Shown: positions 1 through 12,807, counted from the first letter of the stretch. The stretch: 64,000 nucleotides of DNA from Gaiellaceae bacterium (GCA_035652235.1 DASREE010000040.1:4917-68916); one strand, 5' to 3'. The notes: generated by a model from the letters alone, not told the origin. A program made the numbers and translations.

Positions 1-190
1 CACAGGTCGCAGCTGCGGGTTGACACCAGTCAGCCAGCGTGGCTGCGCTGATGCCGTCCAACACCGCCCCCTGTCAGGGTCCCGCGCCGTGGGGCCGTCA
101 GCCACACCGAAGCCGCGGCCGGCGCCGGGAGGCCGGCGCGGGCTCCTGCGACATGCTCCTGCGCAGACGGGAGACGATCCGTGATGTGCC

Positions 191-196
191 TACAAT
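191..196 (+). promoter_or_regulatory. candidate -10 hexamer TACAAT upstream of the sensor kinase
   Basis: 'tacaat' at 191-196, about 33 nt before ATG 229. It lies inside the longer 181-start ORF, which argues for the 229 start. Confidence 0.3.
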
Positions 197-228
197 GTGC
201 ACGTCTCCCTTCGAGCGGTGGACGCAGC

Positions 229-2619
229 ATGGCCGGTCAGTCCCGATCGAGACGCGAAGAGCACGACGCCGCAGGAGGCATCGTTCTCGCGGTAGACGAC
301 GACCTGCCGGAGCACGAGCTGGTCGTGTCCGCGCTTCGCCGGGCGGGCTACCAGGTCGTTGCCCGCCCGCCGGCCGTCGCTCCGGATTGTGCTCCGCCTG
401 CGCACGTGTCGCTCGTCGTCTCGGACGCGTCCACCCTCCGCGCCGAGCTCCTCGACGGCGACACCGGCCGCCACCTGCCGCGGCTCGTGCTCACGGCCGC
501 GCTCGGCCCGCCGGAGATCGAGGCGCTCGAGCGGCTGTGGCCGTCCACCCGCTGGCTGCGGCGGCCGGTCGCGCCCGCGGCCGTCGTCCGGGGCGTGCGC
601 CGGGCGCTCGCCCAGGCGGCCGTGCCCGAGCGCCCCGAGAGCCCCGCCCAGGCCGAGGCGCTCAGCCGCCTCGTCCGCGGCCTCGCCCTGCGCCTGGACG
701 ACGCCGAGGCGCGGGCGCGCGCGGGCGAGGCCCGCGCCGAGCGGGCGGAAGCCCTCGCCTCGCTCGCCCGCGCGGCCGCGTCGGGATCGCCGTTCGGCGA
801 GCTCGCACGGCGGGCCGCCGACGCCGTCGCCCGCTGCCTGCGCACCGAGCCCGTGGCGGTGTTCCTCCGCGACGGCGAGGGCGGCCTCGCGCTCGCCGCC
901 GGCATCGGCTGGGACGGCCGCGGCACGAACGGCCCGTCGCCCACGCCCGCCTCGCAGCCGCCGGGAGTCGTCTCCGGCGTAGACGTGCTCATCCGCCTCG
1001 GTCCCGAGCCCGTCGGCATGCTCGGCGCCTACTCGCGGACGGCGCGCGCGTTCGCCGCCACGGAGCGGACGTGGCTCGAGGCGGTCGCCGGCGTCCTCGC
1101 GCAGGCGGCCGCGAACGAGCGCTCCGAGTCCGAGCGCGAGCACGAGCACGAGCGGGCCGTGCTCGAGCTCGAGGCGACCGAACAGGCCTTCCGCGGCGTC
1201 GTCGAGTCGGCGCCGGACGCGATCGTCGCTGTCGACCGCAGCGGAACGATCACGCTCGCCAACCGACAGGTCGAGCGCGTGTTCGGCTACCGGCCGGAGG
1301 AGCTGATCGGGCAGCCGGTCGAGCTGCTCGTCCCCGAGCGTCTCCGCGAGCTCCACGTCCGCGAGCGGGCCGAGTATGCCGAGCACCCACGGGTGCGGTC
1401 GCACGGAAGCGGCCTCGAGCTCGTCGGCCGCCGCAAGGACGGGAGCACGTTCCCCGCCGAGATCCGCCTCGCCCCGATGAGGGCGGGCGAGGAGACGGCC
1501 GTCGTCAGCCTGATCAGCGACGCCACCCGGGCGCGCGCCCGGGAGCAGGCGCTGAAGCGAAGCGAGGAGCGGCTGCGGCTCGCGCTCGAGGCCGGACGCA
1601 TGGTCGTCTGGGACCGCGACCTGCGCACCGGAGAGGTCGTCGCGCTCAGCTTCGGCGACCACCTGGCCGAGAGTCACCTGTCGGCCCTCACCTCGCTCGA
1701 GGCGCTGCTCGAGGCCACGCATCCCGACGACCGCGCCGCCCTGCGCGACGCGCTCGCGGAGGACACCGCCATCGGTGCCGGCCGCCAGGTCGAGTTCCGC
1801 GTGCTCGGCGCCGACGGCTCCGTCGGCTGGCTTGCCGCCACCACCGGCGTCCTCCACGAGGGCCGCCAGGCCGTGCGCCAGGTGACCGTCTTCAGCGACG
1901 TGACCGCGAGGCGCAGAGCCGAGGCCGCCCTGCGCGTCGTGGACGAGCAGCGGCGGGCGCTCCTCGCCAGGCTCGTGCAGGCGCAGGAGGAGGAGCGGAT
2001 GCGAATCGCCACCGACATCCACGACGACTCCGTGCAGGTGATGACCGCGCTCGTCATCCGGCTGGGCAGCCTGTGCCAGAGCCTTCACGACCCGGAGCTG
2101 CGCGACGCCCTCGAGGGCATCGAGCAGACGGCGCGGGCCACGATCGCACGCCTGCGGGCGCTGATGTTCGACCTCCGTCCGGCCGTGCTCGACCACGGCG
2201 GCCTTGCCCCGGCGCTGCGCATGTACCTCGGCCACGCCGTCGGCGACCGGGAGATCGAGTACGACGTACGCGGGGAGTCGGCCGACGAGCCCGGCACAAT
2301 GGCGAGGACGATCCTCTTCCGGATCGCGCAGGAGGCGATTGCGAACGTGATCAAGCACGCAGGGGCGACCAGGATCGGCGTCGAGCTGGCGGCGTGCGAG
2401 GGCGGCACGCGCGTCCGGGTCACCGACGACGGCTGCGGCTTCGACCCCGCCGAGGCAAGCGACTCCCCGGGGCATCTCGGCCTCGCCTCGATGCGGGAGC
2501 GCGCCGAGCAGAGCGGCGGCTGGTGGCGGGTCGAGTCGGCACCCGGTCTCGGCACCACCGTCGAGTTCTACGTCCCCGAGCAGAGCTCGCTCGTCGGCGC
2601 GGCATTCGCCGCGCCGTGA
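229..2619 (+). CDS. hybrid sensor histidine kinase, REC-like + GAF + 2x PAS + HisKA_3 + HATPase_c (NarL-class kinase)
   Basis: ORF 181..2619. N-terminal receiver-like 'VLAVDDD...LVVSD'. PAS 'ITLANRQVERVFGYRPEELIGQPVELLVP'. H-box 'EEERMRIATDIHDDSVQVMTAL'. ATPase end 'GGWWRVESAPGLGTTVEF'. Start at ATG 229 preferred over GTG 181 and remains uncertain. Confidence 0.9.
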   Translation: MAGQSRSRREEHDAAGGIVLAVDDDLPEHELVVSALRRAGYQVVARPPAVAPDCAPPAHVSLVVSDASTLRAELLDGDTGRHLPRLVLTAALGPPEIEALERLWPSTRWLRRPVAPAAVVRGVRRALAQAAVPERPESPAQAEALSRLVRGLALRLDDAEARARAGEARAERAEALASLARAAASGSPFGELARRAADAVARCLRTEPVAVFLRDGEGGLALAAGIGWDGRGTNGPSPTPASQPPGVVSGVDVLIRLGPEPVGMLGAYSRTARAFAATERTWLEAVAGVLAQAAANERSESEREHEHERAVLELEATEQAFRGVVESAPDAIVAVDRSGTITLANRQVERVFGYRPEELIGQPVELLVPERLRELHVRERAEYAEHPRVRSHGSGLELVGRRKDGSTFPAEIRLAPMRAGEETAVVSLISDATRARAREQALKRSEERLRLALEAGRMVVWDRDLRTGEVVALSFGDHLAESHLSALTSLEALLEATHPDDRAALRDALAEDTAIGAGRQVEFRVLGADGSVGWLAATTGVLHEGRQAVRQVTVFSDVTARRRAEAALRVVDEQRRALLARLVQAQEEERMRIATDIHDDSVQVMTALVIRLGSLCQSLHDPELRDALEGIEQTARATIARLRALMFDLRPAVLDHGGLAPALRMYLGHAVGDREIEYDVRGESADEPGTMARTILFRIAQEAIANVIKHAGATRIGVELAACEGGTRVRVTDDGCGFDPAEASDSPGHLGLASMRERAEQSGGWWRVESAPGLGTTVEFYVPEQSSLVGAAFAAP

Positions 2620-3794
2620 TCTCGATCCTCATCGCCGACGACCAGCAGGACGTGCGCGAGGCGCTGCGCGGGCTCCTCGCCGACGACCCCGCCTTCGAGG
2701 TCGTGGCCCTCGCCGCCGACGCGGAGGAGGCGACCGAGCTGGCGCGCCGACACCGGCCGGACGTCGCCCTCGTCGACTTCAAGATGCCCCGGGGTGGCGG
2801 AGCGCGCGCGACGGCCGAGATCGGCGCCGCCTCTCCGTCGACCCGGGTCGTCGCCGTGTCGGCGTACGGTGACCGTCAGGCGGTGCTGGAGATGCTGCGC
2901 GCCGGCGCGGTCGGCTACCTCGTCAAGGGGGCGACCGCGCGCGAGATCCGCGACACGATCGTCCAGTGCGCGAGCGGCCTCGGGTCACTCTCGCCGGAGG
3001 TGACCGGCCAGGTGCTGGCGACGCTGCGCGACGAGCTGCAGCGGGCGGCGACGGCGGAGGAGCGCGAGCGGGCGCGACGCACGAGGGTCCGCCTGGCTCT
3101 CAGCGGGGGCGTCATGCGCATGCACTTCCAGCCGGTGGTGGAGCTCGTCAGCGGCCGCACGGTCGGACTGGAGGCGCTCGCCCGCTTCTTCTCCGATCCG
3201 CAGCAGCCGCCGAACGTGTGGTTCATGGAGGCGGCGGCGGTCGGGCTGCAGCAGGAGGCGGAGCTGGCGGCGCTGCGCGCGGCCCGCGCGGCGCTGTCCC
3301 GCATCCCCGACGACCTCTTCCTGGCCGTCAACGTCGGCCCCGAGGTGCTCGGCTCGGACGCCCTGCTCGCGGAGCTCGCCACCCTGCCGGCGCCGCGGAT
3401 CGTGCTCGAGACGACCGAGCACTCCGAGATCGAGGACTACGCCCGGCTCGCAGCCCAGCTGGCGCCCTTCCGCGAGCGGGGCGGGCGGCTCGCGGTCGAT
3501 GACGCGGGCGCAGGCTACGCGAGCCTCCGGCACGTCCTGCAGCTCTCGCCCGACATCATCAAGCTCGACGCGTCGCTCACCCGCGACATCGACCGCGACC
3601 GCGGACGCCGCACGCTCGCGGCCGGGCTGATCGCGTTCGCCGAGGCGATGGGCGCCCACATCGTCGCGGAGGGCATCGAGACGGAGGCGGAGCTGCGCAC
3701 CCTGCTCGAGCTCGGCGTCGGGCTCGGACAGGGCTTCCACCTCGCGCGGCCGGCGCCGCTCGAGCAGATCCGCGTCCCGCGCGGCGCCGGCTGA
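2616..3794 (+). CDS. response regulator with NarL-type receiver and EAL (c-di-GMP phosphodiesterase) output domain
   Basis: C-terminal 392 codons of the artefactual ORF 39..3794. The GTG start overlaps the kinase TGA (GTGA, 2616-2619). Receiver motifs 'ILIADDQ', 'ALVDFKMP', 'VVAVSAY', 'GYLVKG'. EAL motifs 'EALARF', 'ETTEH', 'DDAGAGYASL', 'KLDASL', 'EGIETE', 'GQGF'. Confidence 0.9.
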   Translation: MISILIADDQQDVREALRGLLADDPAFEVVALAADAEEATELARRHRPDVALVDFKMPRGGGARATAEIGAASPSTRVVAVSAYGDRQAVLEMLRAGAVGYLVKGATAREIRDTIVQCASGLGSLSPEVTGQVLATLRDELQRAATAEERERARRTRVRLALSGGVMRMHFQPVVELVSGRTVGLEALARFFSDPQQPPNVWFMEAAAVGLQQEAELAALRAARAALSRIPDDLFLAVNVGPEVLGSDALLAELATLPAPRIVLETTEHSEIEDYARLAAQLAPFRERGGRLAVDDAGAGYASLRHVLQLSPDIIKLDASLTRDIDRDRGRRTLAAGLIAFAEAMGAHIVAEGIETEAELRTLLELGVGLGQGFHLARPAPLEQIRVPRGAG

Positions 3795-3897
3795 GCCGGC
3801 CGGTGCGGGCAGGGGAGCCGGACCCCCCCGATGGAGTGAAGCGGCTCCGTAGGAACTACCGAACGGCCGCGCCGCCTGCGCGCCGATCCCAGCTCGA

Positions 3898-6333
3898 GTG
3901 ACAACGCGCATCGCCTCCACCCGGCTGCCCGTCCGCCGGTGGGCGCAGCGCGCGCCTGCCGCCGCACGCGGGGCGGGCCGGCAGGCGGCGCTCCACGCCC
4001 TGTCTTGCCCGCGCCGGCTCACCGCCGCTGCCATCGCCGGCCTGCTCGGAACGTACGCGGCGTGGCAGCTCATGCGCCTCGGGCCGCCCGGCGACCGGCG
4101 GCTGATCGGCGACGCCTTCTTCTACCCGATGAGCGCGGCCGCCCTCGCCACGGCCGGCTGGGCTGCCTGGTCAGGTCGCAGGTGGCCGCGCCTGCGCAGG
4201 GCGTGGACGCTGGTCGCAGCCTCGGCGGTCGCCTACCTCGTCGGCGACGTCGTGCAGACCGTCTACGAGCTGGCGGGACGGAGGCCGTACCCCTCGGCGG
4301 CGGATCTCTTCTACCTCGCCTTCTACCCGCTGATGCTCGCCGGGCTGCTCTCCTTCCCCACCCGGCGCCGGACGGGCAGCGAGCGGCTCCGGCTCGCGCT
4401 CGACCTCGCGCTCATCACGGTCGCGGGCTCCGGCGTCGTCGTCTACGTCGTGCTCGGCCCGACCGCCGTCCTCGGGGGGCCGGCGCTCCAGGTCGCCTGC
4501 TCGATCGCCTACCCGGTCGGAGACATGGTGCTCCTCGTCGGGCTTTCCTCCCTGCTCTTGCGCGGCTCGCCGCCGTCCTCGCGCGCCGCGCTCCGCCTGC
4601 TCGGCACCGGTCTCGCCTTCTACGTCGCCGCCGACCTCGTCTACGGCTACGTCACCCTGCACTCGAGCTACGAGGGCGGCGACGCGATCGACACGCTGTG
4701 GATGGTCGCGATCGCCTCGTACGCGTGGGCGGGCCTCGCGCAGGCGCCGGTCGACGGCCCCGAGCCGGTCGTGAGCCGGCGCCAGGGGAGCTCGTGGCTG
4801 CCCTACCTGGGGGTCGCGGTCGGGTTTGGCTTGCTCGTCTTCTCGGACCGCCACGACGCCTTCTTCCCCGGCCTGGCGATGACGGCGATCGCGGTCACGC
4901 TCGCCGCCGCCACCGCCGCCCGCCAGCTTCTCATCCAGCGCGACCTCCGGCACGCGGAGCGGCGCATGCGCCACGACGCCCTGCACGACGCCCTGACAGG
5001 GCTCCCGAACCGGGCGCTCCTCCTCGACCGGATCGAGCGCAGCCTCGCCCGGGCGCGTCGGGCCGGGCGACCGCCGGGGGTACTGTTCCTCGACCTCGAC
5101 CGCTTCAAGGGCGTCAACGACACGCTCGGGCACTCGATCGGCGACGAGCTGCTGACGGTCGTCGCCGTGCGCCTGACCGCGGCTGTCCGGGCGCAGGACA
5201 CGGTCGCGAGACTCGGCGGCGACGAGTTCGTCGTCCTGCTCGAGGCGGACGGCGACGCCGTCGAGCCGATCCTCGTCGCCGAGCGGCTGCTCGCGCTCGT
5301 GCGCGAGCCGGTCACGCTGGCGTGCGGGCGCAGCCTGACGGTGACGGCCAGCATCGGCGTCGTCAGCGCGCTCGCGAGCAGTGCCGAGGAGATCCTGCGC
5401 GACGCCGACATCGCGCTCTACGCCGCCAAGGAGGCGGGCAAGGACCGCTGCGCGCAGTTCGAGGCGACGATGCAGACGGTCGCCCAGAACCGCCTCGAGC
5501 TGGAGATGGGCTTGCGCAGGGCACTCGCCGAAGACGAGCTGCGGCTCCTCTACCAGCCGACCTACCGGCTGCGCGACCGGGCGCTGACGGCGGCCGAGGC
5601 GCTGCTGCGCTGGGAGCACCCCGAGCGCGGGCTGGTCGGCGCGGACGAGTTCATCGGCCTCGCCGAAGAGACGGGGCTGATCGTGCCGATCGGCAAGTGG
5701 GTGCTCGAGCACGCCTGCGCGCAGGCGGCGGCGTGGGCCGAGCGCGGGTACGGGCTCGGCGTCGCGGTCAACGTCTCGGCGCGGCAGCTCGATCACCCGG
5801 GCCTCGTCGACGACGTCCGCGGCGCGCTCGAGCGGTCCGGCCTCGAGCCGCAGAGACTGACGCTCGAGATCACGGAGACAGCGCTCACCCGCGACCCGGA
5901 GACGGCGAAGGCGCTGGTGGCGAAGATCAAGACGCTCGGGGTGCGCATCGCGATCGACGACTTCGGCACCGGCTACAGCTCGCTCGCGCACCTGCGGGAC
6001 TTCCCGGTCGACGCGCTCAAGATCGACCGCTCGTTTATCTCGGGCAGCGCCGCGAGCCGGGAGTCGAAGGCGCTCGTACACGTCCTCGTCGGGCTCGGCA
6101 AGACGCTGGGCATGGAGACGCTGGGCGAGGGGATCGAGACGCTCACGCAGCTCCAACACCTCGAGGAGGAGCGTTGCGACCTCGGCCAGGGCTTCCTGCT
6201 CGCACGCCCGCTCCGCCCCGAGGAGCTGGAGGAGCTGCTCCGCGCCGAGGCCGCGCGCGCCTCGAGCGGCGCCCACCGGGCCGTGCGCGAGCCGTGGCTG
6301 TCGGTGGCGCCCGGAGTCGAGTACCGAGCGTAG
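3898..6333 (+). CDS. polytopic membrane GGDEF-EAL protein (diguanylate cyclase/phosphodiesterase)
   Basis: ORF 3898..6333. About 300 aa of hydrophobic helices. 'RAQDTVARLGGDEFVVLL' carries an RxxD I-site plus an intact GGDEF. EAL motifs 'EALLRW', 'EITET', 'DDFGTGYSSL', 'KIDRSF', 'EGIET', 'GQGF'. The start codon is not well supported. Confidence 0.88.
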   Translation: MTTRIASTRLPVRRWAQRAPAAARGAGRQAALHALSCPRRLTAAAIAGLLGTYAAWQLMRLGPPGDRRLIGDAFFYPMSAAALATAGWAAWSGRRWPRLRRAWTLVAASAVAYLVGDVVQTVYELAGRRPYPSAADLFYLAFYPLMLAGLLSFPTRRRTGSERLRLALDLALITVAGSGVVVYVVLGPTAVLGGPALQVACSIAYPVGDMVLLVGLSSLLLRGSPPSSRAALRLLGTGLAFYVAADLVYGYVTLHSSYEGGDAIDTLWMVAIASYAWAGLAQAPVDGPEPVVSRRQGSSWLPYLGVAVGFGLLVFSDRHDAFFPGLAMTAIAVTLAAATAARQLLIQRDLRHAERRMRHDALHDALTGLPNRALLLDRIERSLARARRAGRPPGVLFLDLDRFKGVNDTLGHSIGDELLTVVAVRLTAAVRAQDTVARLGGDEFVVLLEADGDAVEPILVAERLLALVREPVTLACGRSLTVTASIGVVSALASSAEEILRDADIALYAAKEAGKDRCAQFEATMQTVAQNRLELEMGLRRALAEDELRLLYQPTYRLRDRALTAAEALLRWEHPERGLVGADEFIGLAEETGLIVPIGKWVLEHACAQAAAWAERGYGLGVAVNVSARQLDHPGLVDDVRGALERSGLEPQRLTLEITETALTRDPETAKALVAKIKTLGVRIAIDDFGTGYSSLAHLRDFPVDALKIDRSFISGSAASRESKALVHVLVGLGKTLGMETLGEGIETLTQLQHLEEERCDLGQGFLLARPLRPEELEELLRAEAARASSGAHRAVREPWLSVAPGVEYRA

Positions 6334-6365
6334 CGGGGAGCGGGCGAGCGACGGCGCCGCCGACG

Positions 6366-8255
<1,890 letters not shown>

Positions 8256-8366
8256 GGGGACAGTCTCGCCTTTCCGACCGGGTCGGGGGGAGACAGCCTG
8301 TCATGCCCCCAGCTCCAGGTACGGTCGGGGCAGCGCGGCCGGCGCGCGACGCGATAGCGTCGAGGG

Positions 8367-9578
8367 GTGAGCTTCCTGCCGCTCGCCGGCATCCGCGTCG
8401 TCGACATCACCACCTCGCTCGCCGGTCCCTACTGCACCGAGGTGCTGGCGGCGCTCGGAGCGGACGTGGTCAAGATCGAGCCGCCGGGGACCGGCGACGA
8501 GGCCCGCACGTGGGGGCCCCCCTTCTGGGGCAACTCGCAGGAGAGCACCCTGTTCCTGGCGATGAACGCCGGCAAGCGCTCGCTCTCGCTCGATCTGCGG
8601 CGCGGGCGCGAGGTGCTGCTGCGGCTGGTCGACCGGGCGGACGTGCTCGTGCAGAGCCTGCGTCCCGGTCTCGCCGAGGAGCGGGGCCTCGGCAGCGCAC
8701 AGCTCCGCGCCCGTAACCCGCGCCTCGTCTACTGCTCGGTTCGCTCCTTCGGCCGTACCGGGCCGTGGCAGCTGCGGCCGGGGTACGACCCGCTCGCGCA
8801 GGCGGCCGGCGGGATCGTCAGCGTGACCGGCGAGCCGGGACGGCCGGGGGTGCGCGCCGGGGTGTCGCTCGTCGACCAGGGCACGGGCATGTGGGCCGCG
8901 CTCGGCGTGCTCGCGGCGCTGCACGAGCGGGAGCGCTCCGGCACCGGCCACGAGGTGGACGTCTCGTTGTACGAGACCGCCCTCGGGTACATGGCCTACC
9001 ACCTCACCGGCTTCCTCGGCGCGGGGCTCGTCCCCTCGGGGCGCGGCACGGCGTTCCCGTCGATCGCCCCCTACCAGGCGTTCTCGGCCAGCGACGGGCG
9101 GATGATGGTCGCCGCGGGCAACGATCGCCTGTTCGCGGCGCTGGCGGCAGCGGTGGGGCTGCCCGAACTGGCAGACGACCCGCGCTTCCGGACGAATCCG
9201 GACAGAGTCGCGCACCGGGACGAGCTCGCGGCGCTGCTCGAGGCGCGGTTCGAGACGGAGCCGCGCGCGGCCTGGCTGGAGCGGCTGGCGGCGGCCGGCG
9301 TCCCGGCCGCGCCCGTCCAGGACGTGTCCGAGGTGGCGGCGGCCGAGCAGACGCAGGCGCTCGGCATCATCCAGGAGCTCGAGCACGAGCGGCTGCCCGA
9401 CCTGCGCGTTCCCGCGCTCCCCGTCTCGATCGATGGGGAGCGCGTGCTGCACCTCTCGCCGCCGCCCGCGCTGGGCGCGCACACAGCCGAGGTTCTCTCC
9501 GAGCTCGGCTACTCCGACGCCGACATCTCCGCGCTCGCCGCGGACGGCGTCGTGCAGCTGGCGGCGCGCGGCGCCTGA
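8367..9578 (+). CDS. family III CoA-transferase (CaiB/BaiF family)
   Basis: 'LAGIRVVDITTSLAGPYCTEVLAALGADVVKIEPPGTGD'. TAGCGT at 8355-8360 sits 6 nt before the GTG, suggesting a leaderless start. Confidence 0.85.
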   Translation: MSFLPLAGIRVVDITTSLAGPYCTEVLAALGADVVKIEPPGTGDEARTWGPPFWGNSQESTLFLAMNAGKRSLSLDLRRGREVLLRLVDRADVLVQSLRPGLAEERGLGSAQLRARNPRLVYCSVRSFGRTGPWQLRPGYDPLAQAAGGIVSVTGEPGRPGVRAGVSLVDQGTGMWAALGVLAALHERERSGTGHEVDVSLYETALGYMAYHLTGFLGAGLVPSGRGTAFPSIAPYQAFSASDGRMMVAAGNDRLFAALAAAVGLPELADDPRFRTNPDRVAHRDELAALLEARFETEPRAAWLERLAAAGVPAAPVQDVSEVAAAEQTQALGIIQELEHERLPDLRVPALPVSIDGERVLHLSPPPALGAHTAEVLSELGYSDADISALAADGVVQLAARGA

Positions 9579-9669
9579 CCCGCACGTTACCCCAGATCGC
9601 CGGCGCCGAGCGAACGGCCGCGATCAACGGCAGCCACCCTCCCGCGAGGCGGCGCGCAGATGACGGAGG

Positions 9670-10620
9670 TCAGGCGATCGCGATCATCCGCTCGATCGCC
9701 CCGCGAGCACGGGCCGCGATCTGCGGGTCGACCGTGACCACGTGCTTCCAGTCGCGCAGCGAGTCGCGCAGCTTCTCGAGCGTGATCATCTTCATGTACC
9801 GGCACACCGCCCGCTCGGACACCGCCTCGAAGCGCTTCTCGGGTGCCTCCTTGGCCAGCCGGTGCAGGATCCCGGTCTCCGTTGCGACCAGGAAGCGCTC
9901 CTTCGGCGACTGCCGCGCGAAGCGGATCATCCCCTCCGTCGAGAGGATGTGCGTGCGGCCGTTCGCGAACGCCATGCACTGGCTGGCGCAGCCGCACTCC
10001 GGGTGGACGAGCAGCTCGGCGTCCGGCGCCTGCGCCTGCCAGCGCTCGATGTCGGCGGGGCGGATTCCCGCGTGCACGTGGCACTCGCCGAGCCACAGGT
10101 TGAGCTTGCGGCCGGTGACGCGCTCGAGCCACACGCCGAGGAACATGTCCGGGCAGAACAGGATCTCCCGGTCCTCCGGGATCGCCTCGATCACCGCCCT
10201 GGCGTTCCCGGAGGTGCAGCAGTAGTCGGTCTCCGCCTTCACCTCCGCGGTCGTGTTCACGTACGAGACGACGACGGCGCCGGGGTGCTCGGCCTTCCAC
10301 GCTCGGAGCTGGTCGGCCGTGATCGACGCGGCGAGCGAGCAGCCGGCATCCGGGTCGGGGATCAAGACCGTCTTGTCGGGCGAGAGGATCGCCGCCGTCT
10401 CCGCCATGAAGTGGACGCCGCAGAACACGATCGCGGACGCATCCGTCGCCGCCGCCTCGCGCGACAGCCCGAGCGAGTCGCCGACGAAGTCGGCGACGTC
10501 CTGCACCTCCGGCACCTGGTAGTTGTGCGCGAGGACGACGGCGCCGCGCTCCCGGGCGAGCGCCCGCACCTCGTCCTGCAGGCGGGCGATGCGGTCTGGT
10601 GTCAGGGTGTCCGTGCTCAC
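9670..10620 (-). CDS. nadA: quinolinate synthase
   Basis: 3' part of ORF 9670..11289. '[22 protein letters not shown]', '[10 protein letters not shown]', '[21 protein letters not shown]', 'ECHVH', 'HPECGC'. The GTG start overlaps the nadC stop (GTGA at 10617-10620). Confidence 0.92.
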   Translation of the reverse strand: MSTDTLTPDRIARLQDEVRALARERGAVVLAHNYQVPEVQDVADFVGDSLGLSREAAATDASAIVFCGVHFMAETAAILSPDKTVLIPDPDAGCSLAASITADQLRAWKAEHPGAVVVSYVNTTAEVKAETDYCCTSGNARAVIEAIPEDREILFCPDMFLGVWLERVTGRKLNLWLGECHVHAGIRPADIERWQAQAPDAELLVHPECGCASQCMAFANGRTHILSTEGMIRFARQSPKERFLVATETGILHRLAKEAPEKRFEAVSERAVCRYMKMITLEKLRDSLRDWKHVVTVDPQIAARARGAIERMIAIA

Positions 10621-11423
10621 AGCACCTCCAGGGAGACGTCGAGGGAGCGGGCGGAATGGGTGAGCGCGCCGACCGAGACGAAGTCGACACCAGTCTCGGC
10701 GATCTCGCGCACCGTCTCGAGCGAGACGCCGCCGGACGCCTCGAGCTGGGCGCGGCCGCCGACGAGGGCCACCGCCCGGCGGAGCAGGGCCGGCGACATG
10801 TTGTCGAGCAGGATGCGCTCGGCGCCCGCGTCCACCGCCTCCGCCACCTGCTCGATCGTGTCGCACTCGACCTCGACCGGGAAGCCGGTCGTCTTCGCGC
10901 GCTCGACGGCCGCGGGCAGCGGGCCCGCGACGCGCAGGTGGTTGTCCTTGATCAGCACCCCGTCGAAGAGGCCGAGCCGGTGGTTCGTGCCGCCGCCGCA
11001 GCGCACCGCGTGCTTCTCGAGAGCGCGCAGCCCGGGCGTCGTCTTGCGCGTGTCGAGGACGACGGCGCCGGTGCCCTCGACGGCATCCACGTAGCGCCGG
11101 GTCAACGTCGCGACGCCGGACAGCCGGCCGACGAGGTTGAGCGCCAGCCGCTCGCCGGTGAGGACGGCGCGCGCCCGACCGGAGACGAACGCGATCGGCC
11201 CGGGCTGCACCTCCTGCCCCTCCTCGGCGACCGGCTCGAGCCGCGCCCCGAGCGCCGCGAACACGCTCGCGGCGACGCCGAGCCCGCACACGACCCCCGG
11301 CTCCTTGAGCAGGAGGCGCGCCTCGCAGGCCGCACCCGCGTCGACGACGGACGCGGTCGTCACGTCGCCCGTGCCGACGTCCTCGGCGAGCCAGGCCTGC
11401 ACGTCGAGCGCCGTCAGCTCCAT
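10617..11423 (-). CDS. nadC: nicotinate-nucleotide pyrophosphorylase (carboxylating)
   Basis: ORF 10617..11636 trimmed to ATG 11423 ('[23 protein letters not shown]'). '[27 protein letters not shown]', 'ILLDNM'. Overlaps the nadB stop by 10 nt. Confidence 0.9.
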   Translation of the reverse strand: MELTALDVQAWLAEDVGTGDVTTASVVDAGAACEARLLLKEPGVVCGLGVAASVFAALGARLEPVAEEGQEVQPGPIAFVSGRARAVLTGERLALNLVGRLSGVATLTRRYVDAVEGTGAVVLDTRKTTPGLRALEKHAVRCGGGTNHRLGLFDGVLIKDNHLRVAGPLPAAVERAKTTGFPVEVECDTIEQVAEAVDAGAERILLDNMSPALLRRAVALVGGRAQLEASGGVSLETVREIAETGVDFVSVGALTHSARSLDVSLEVL

Positions 11424-12799
11424 CGCTCGAGCTCCACCCGCTCGCCGGTCCCCGGCCGGACGACGGTATGCAGCGCGAACGCCTCGTCCTCGAACGGGTA
11501 GTCGACGCGGAAGTGACTGCCGCGGCTCTCCCGCCTGGCGAGAGCGCAGCGGGCGATCAGCCGTGCCAGCGTGTGCGGCGTGCGCGTCAGCCGCTCGAGC
11601 CCCGCCGCGTCGCGGACGAGCCCGGCCTCGCGCCACAGCTCGTCCCGGAGCGCATCCGTCACCGGCTCAGCCCCGGGCGGGCCGCCCTGCGCACGCAGCA
11701 CGGGCGGCCAGGAGCCCGGCTCGTCGGCGAGCGCCGCGAGCGCGGCCCGGCGCCCGAAGACGAGGCACTCGAGCAGCGAGTTCGACGCCAGCCGGTTCGC
11801 CCCGTGCACCCCGGTGCAGGCGCACTCGCCGGCGGCGTAGACGCCGGCGACGCCGGTGCGGCCGTCGAGGTCGGTGACGACGCCGCCCATCGTGTAGTGG
11901 GCGGCGGGCGCGACCGGGATCGGCTCGCGCGCCGGGTCGTAGCCGTGCTCGGCCAGCGCGACCATCAGCGCCGGGAAGCGCCCGCGGTCGATGCGGCGCA
12001 GGTCGAGCAGGGCGCTGCCGCGCGCGTCGATCGCGCGGGCGACGACGTCGCGCGGGGCGAGCTCGTCCGTGAACCGCTCGCCGCGCTCGTCGATGAGCAC
12101 GGCGCCCTCCCCGCGCAGCGCCTCGGACAGCAGGAGCCCGTCGCCCGCGACGACGGTCGGGTGGAACTGCACGAACTCGAGGTCGGCGACCGCCGCCCCC
12201 GCGGCGAAGGCGAGCGCGATGCCGTCGCCGACCGAGCCGGGCGGGTTCGTCGTCCGCCGCCAGAGCGCCGCGTAGCCCCCGGTCGCGAGCAGCGTCCCGC
12301 GCCCGCGCACGACCCCGCGTACCGTGCGGACGCCGCCGGGGACGAGCTCGAGCACGCGCTCGCCCTCGTGCACCCGGATGCGCGGATGCGCGAGAACGTG
12401 CTCGGCGAGGACACGCGCGATGACGGCCCCGGTCGCGGCTCCCTCGGCGTGCAGCACGCGCCGCCGGGAGTGGCCGCCCTCGAGCCCGAGGTCGTCGTCG
12501 AACGGGACGCCGAGCTCGGCCAGGTCGGCCACCCGGGAGGGCGCCTCCCTCGCCAGCACCTCGACGGCGCTCGGCCGGCACAGGCCGCGGCCGGCCCGCA
12601 GCGTGTCGGCGGCGTGCAGCTCGGGCGAGTCGTCCGCCCCGACCGCCGCCGCCACCCCGCCCTGGGCCAGGTAGCTGGCCGAGGTGAGTAGCGGCCCCTT
12701 CGTGAGCAGCGCGACGTCGGCGTCGGCGGCGGCGCAGAGGGCGGCGAACATCCCGGCCACACCGCCGCCGACGACGACCAGATCTGTGCGCTCTTCCAC
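11414..12799 (-). CDS. nadB: L-aspartate oxidase
   Basis: ORF 461 aa. '[16 protein letters not shown]', '[11 protein letters not shown]', '[12 protein letters not shown]', '[23 protein letters not shown]', '[12 protein letters not shown]'. Confidence 0.93.
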   Translation of the reverse strand: MEERTDLVVVGGGVAGMFAALCAAADADVALLTKGPLLTSASYLAQGGVAAAVGADDSPELHAADTLRAGRGLCRPSAVEVLAREAPSRVADLAELGVPFDDDLGLEGGHSRRRVLHAEGAATGAVIARVLAEHVLAHPRIRVHEGERVLELVPGGVRTVRGVVRGRGTLLATGGYAALWRRTTNPPGSVGDGIALAFAAGAAVADLEFVQFHPTVVAGDGLLLSEALRGEGAVLIDERGERFTDELAPRDVVARAIDARGSALLDLRRIDRGRFPALMVALAEHGYDPAREPIPVAPAAHYTMGGVVTDLDGRTGVAGVYAAGECACTGVHGANRLASNSLLECLVFGRRAALAALADEPGSWPPVLRAQGGPPGAEPVTDALRDELWREAGLVRDAAGLERLTRTPHTLARLIARCALARRESRGSHFRVDYPFEDEAFALHTVVRPGTGERVELERWS

Positions 12800-12807
12800 A
12801 GCTGCTA

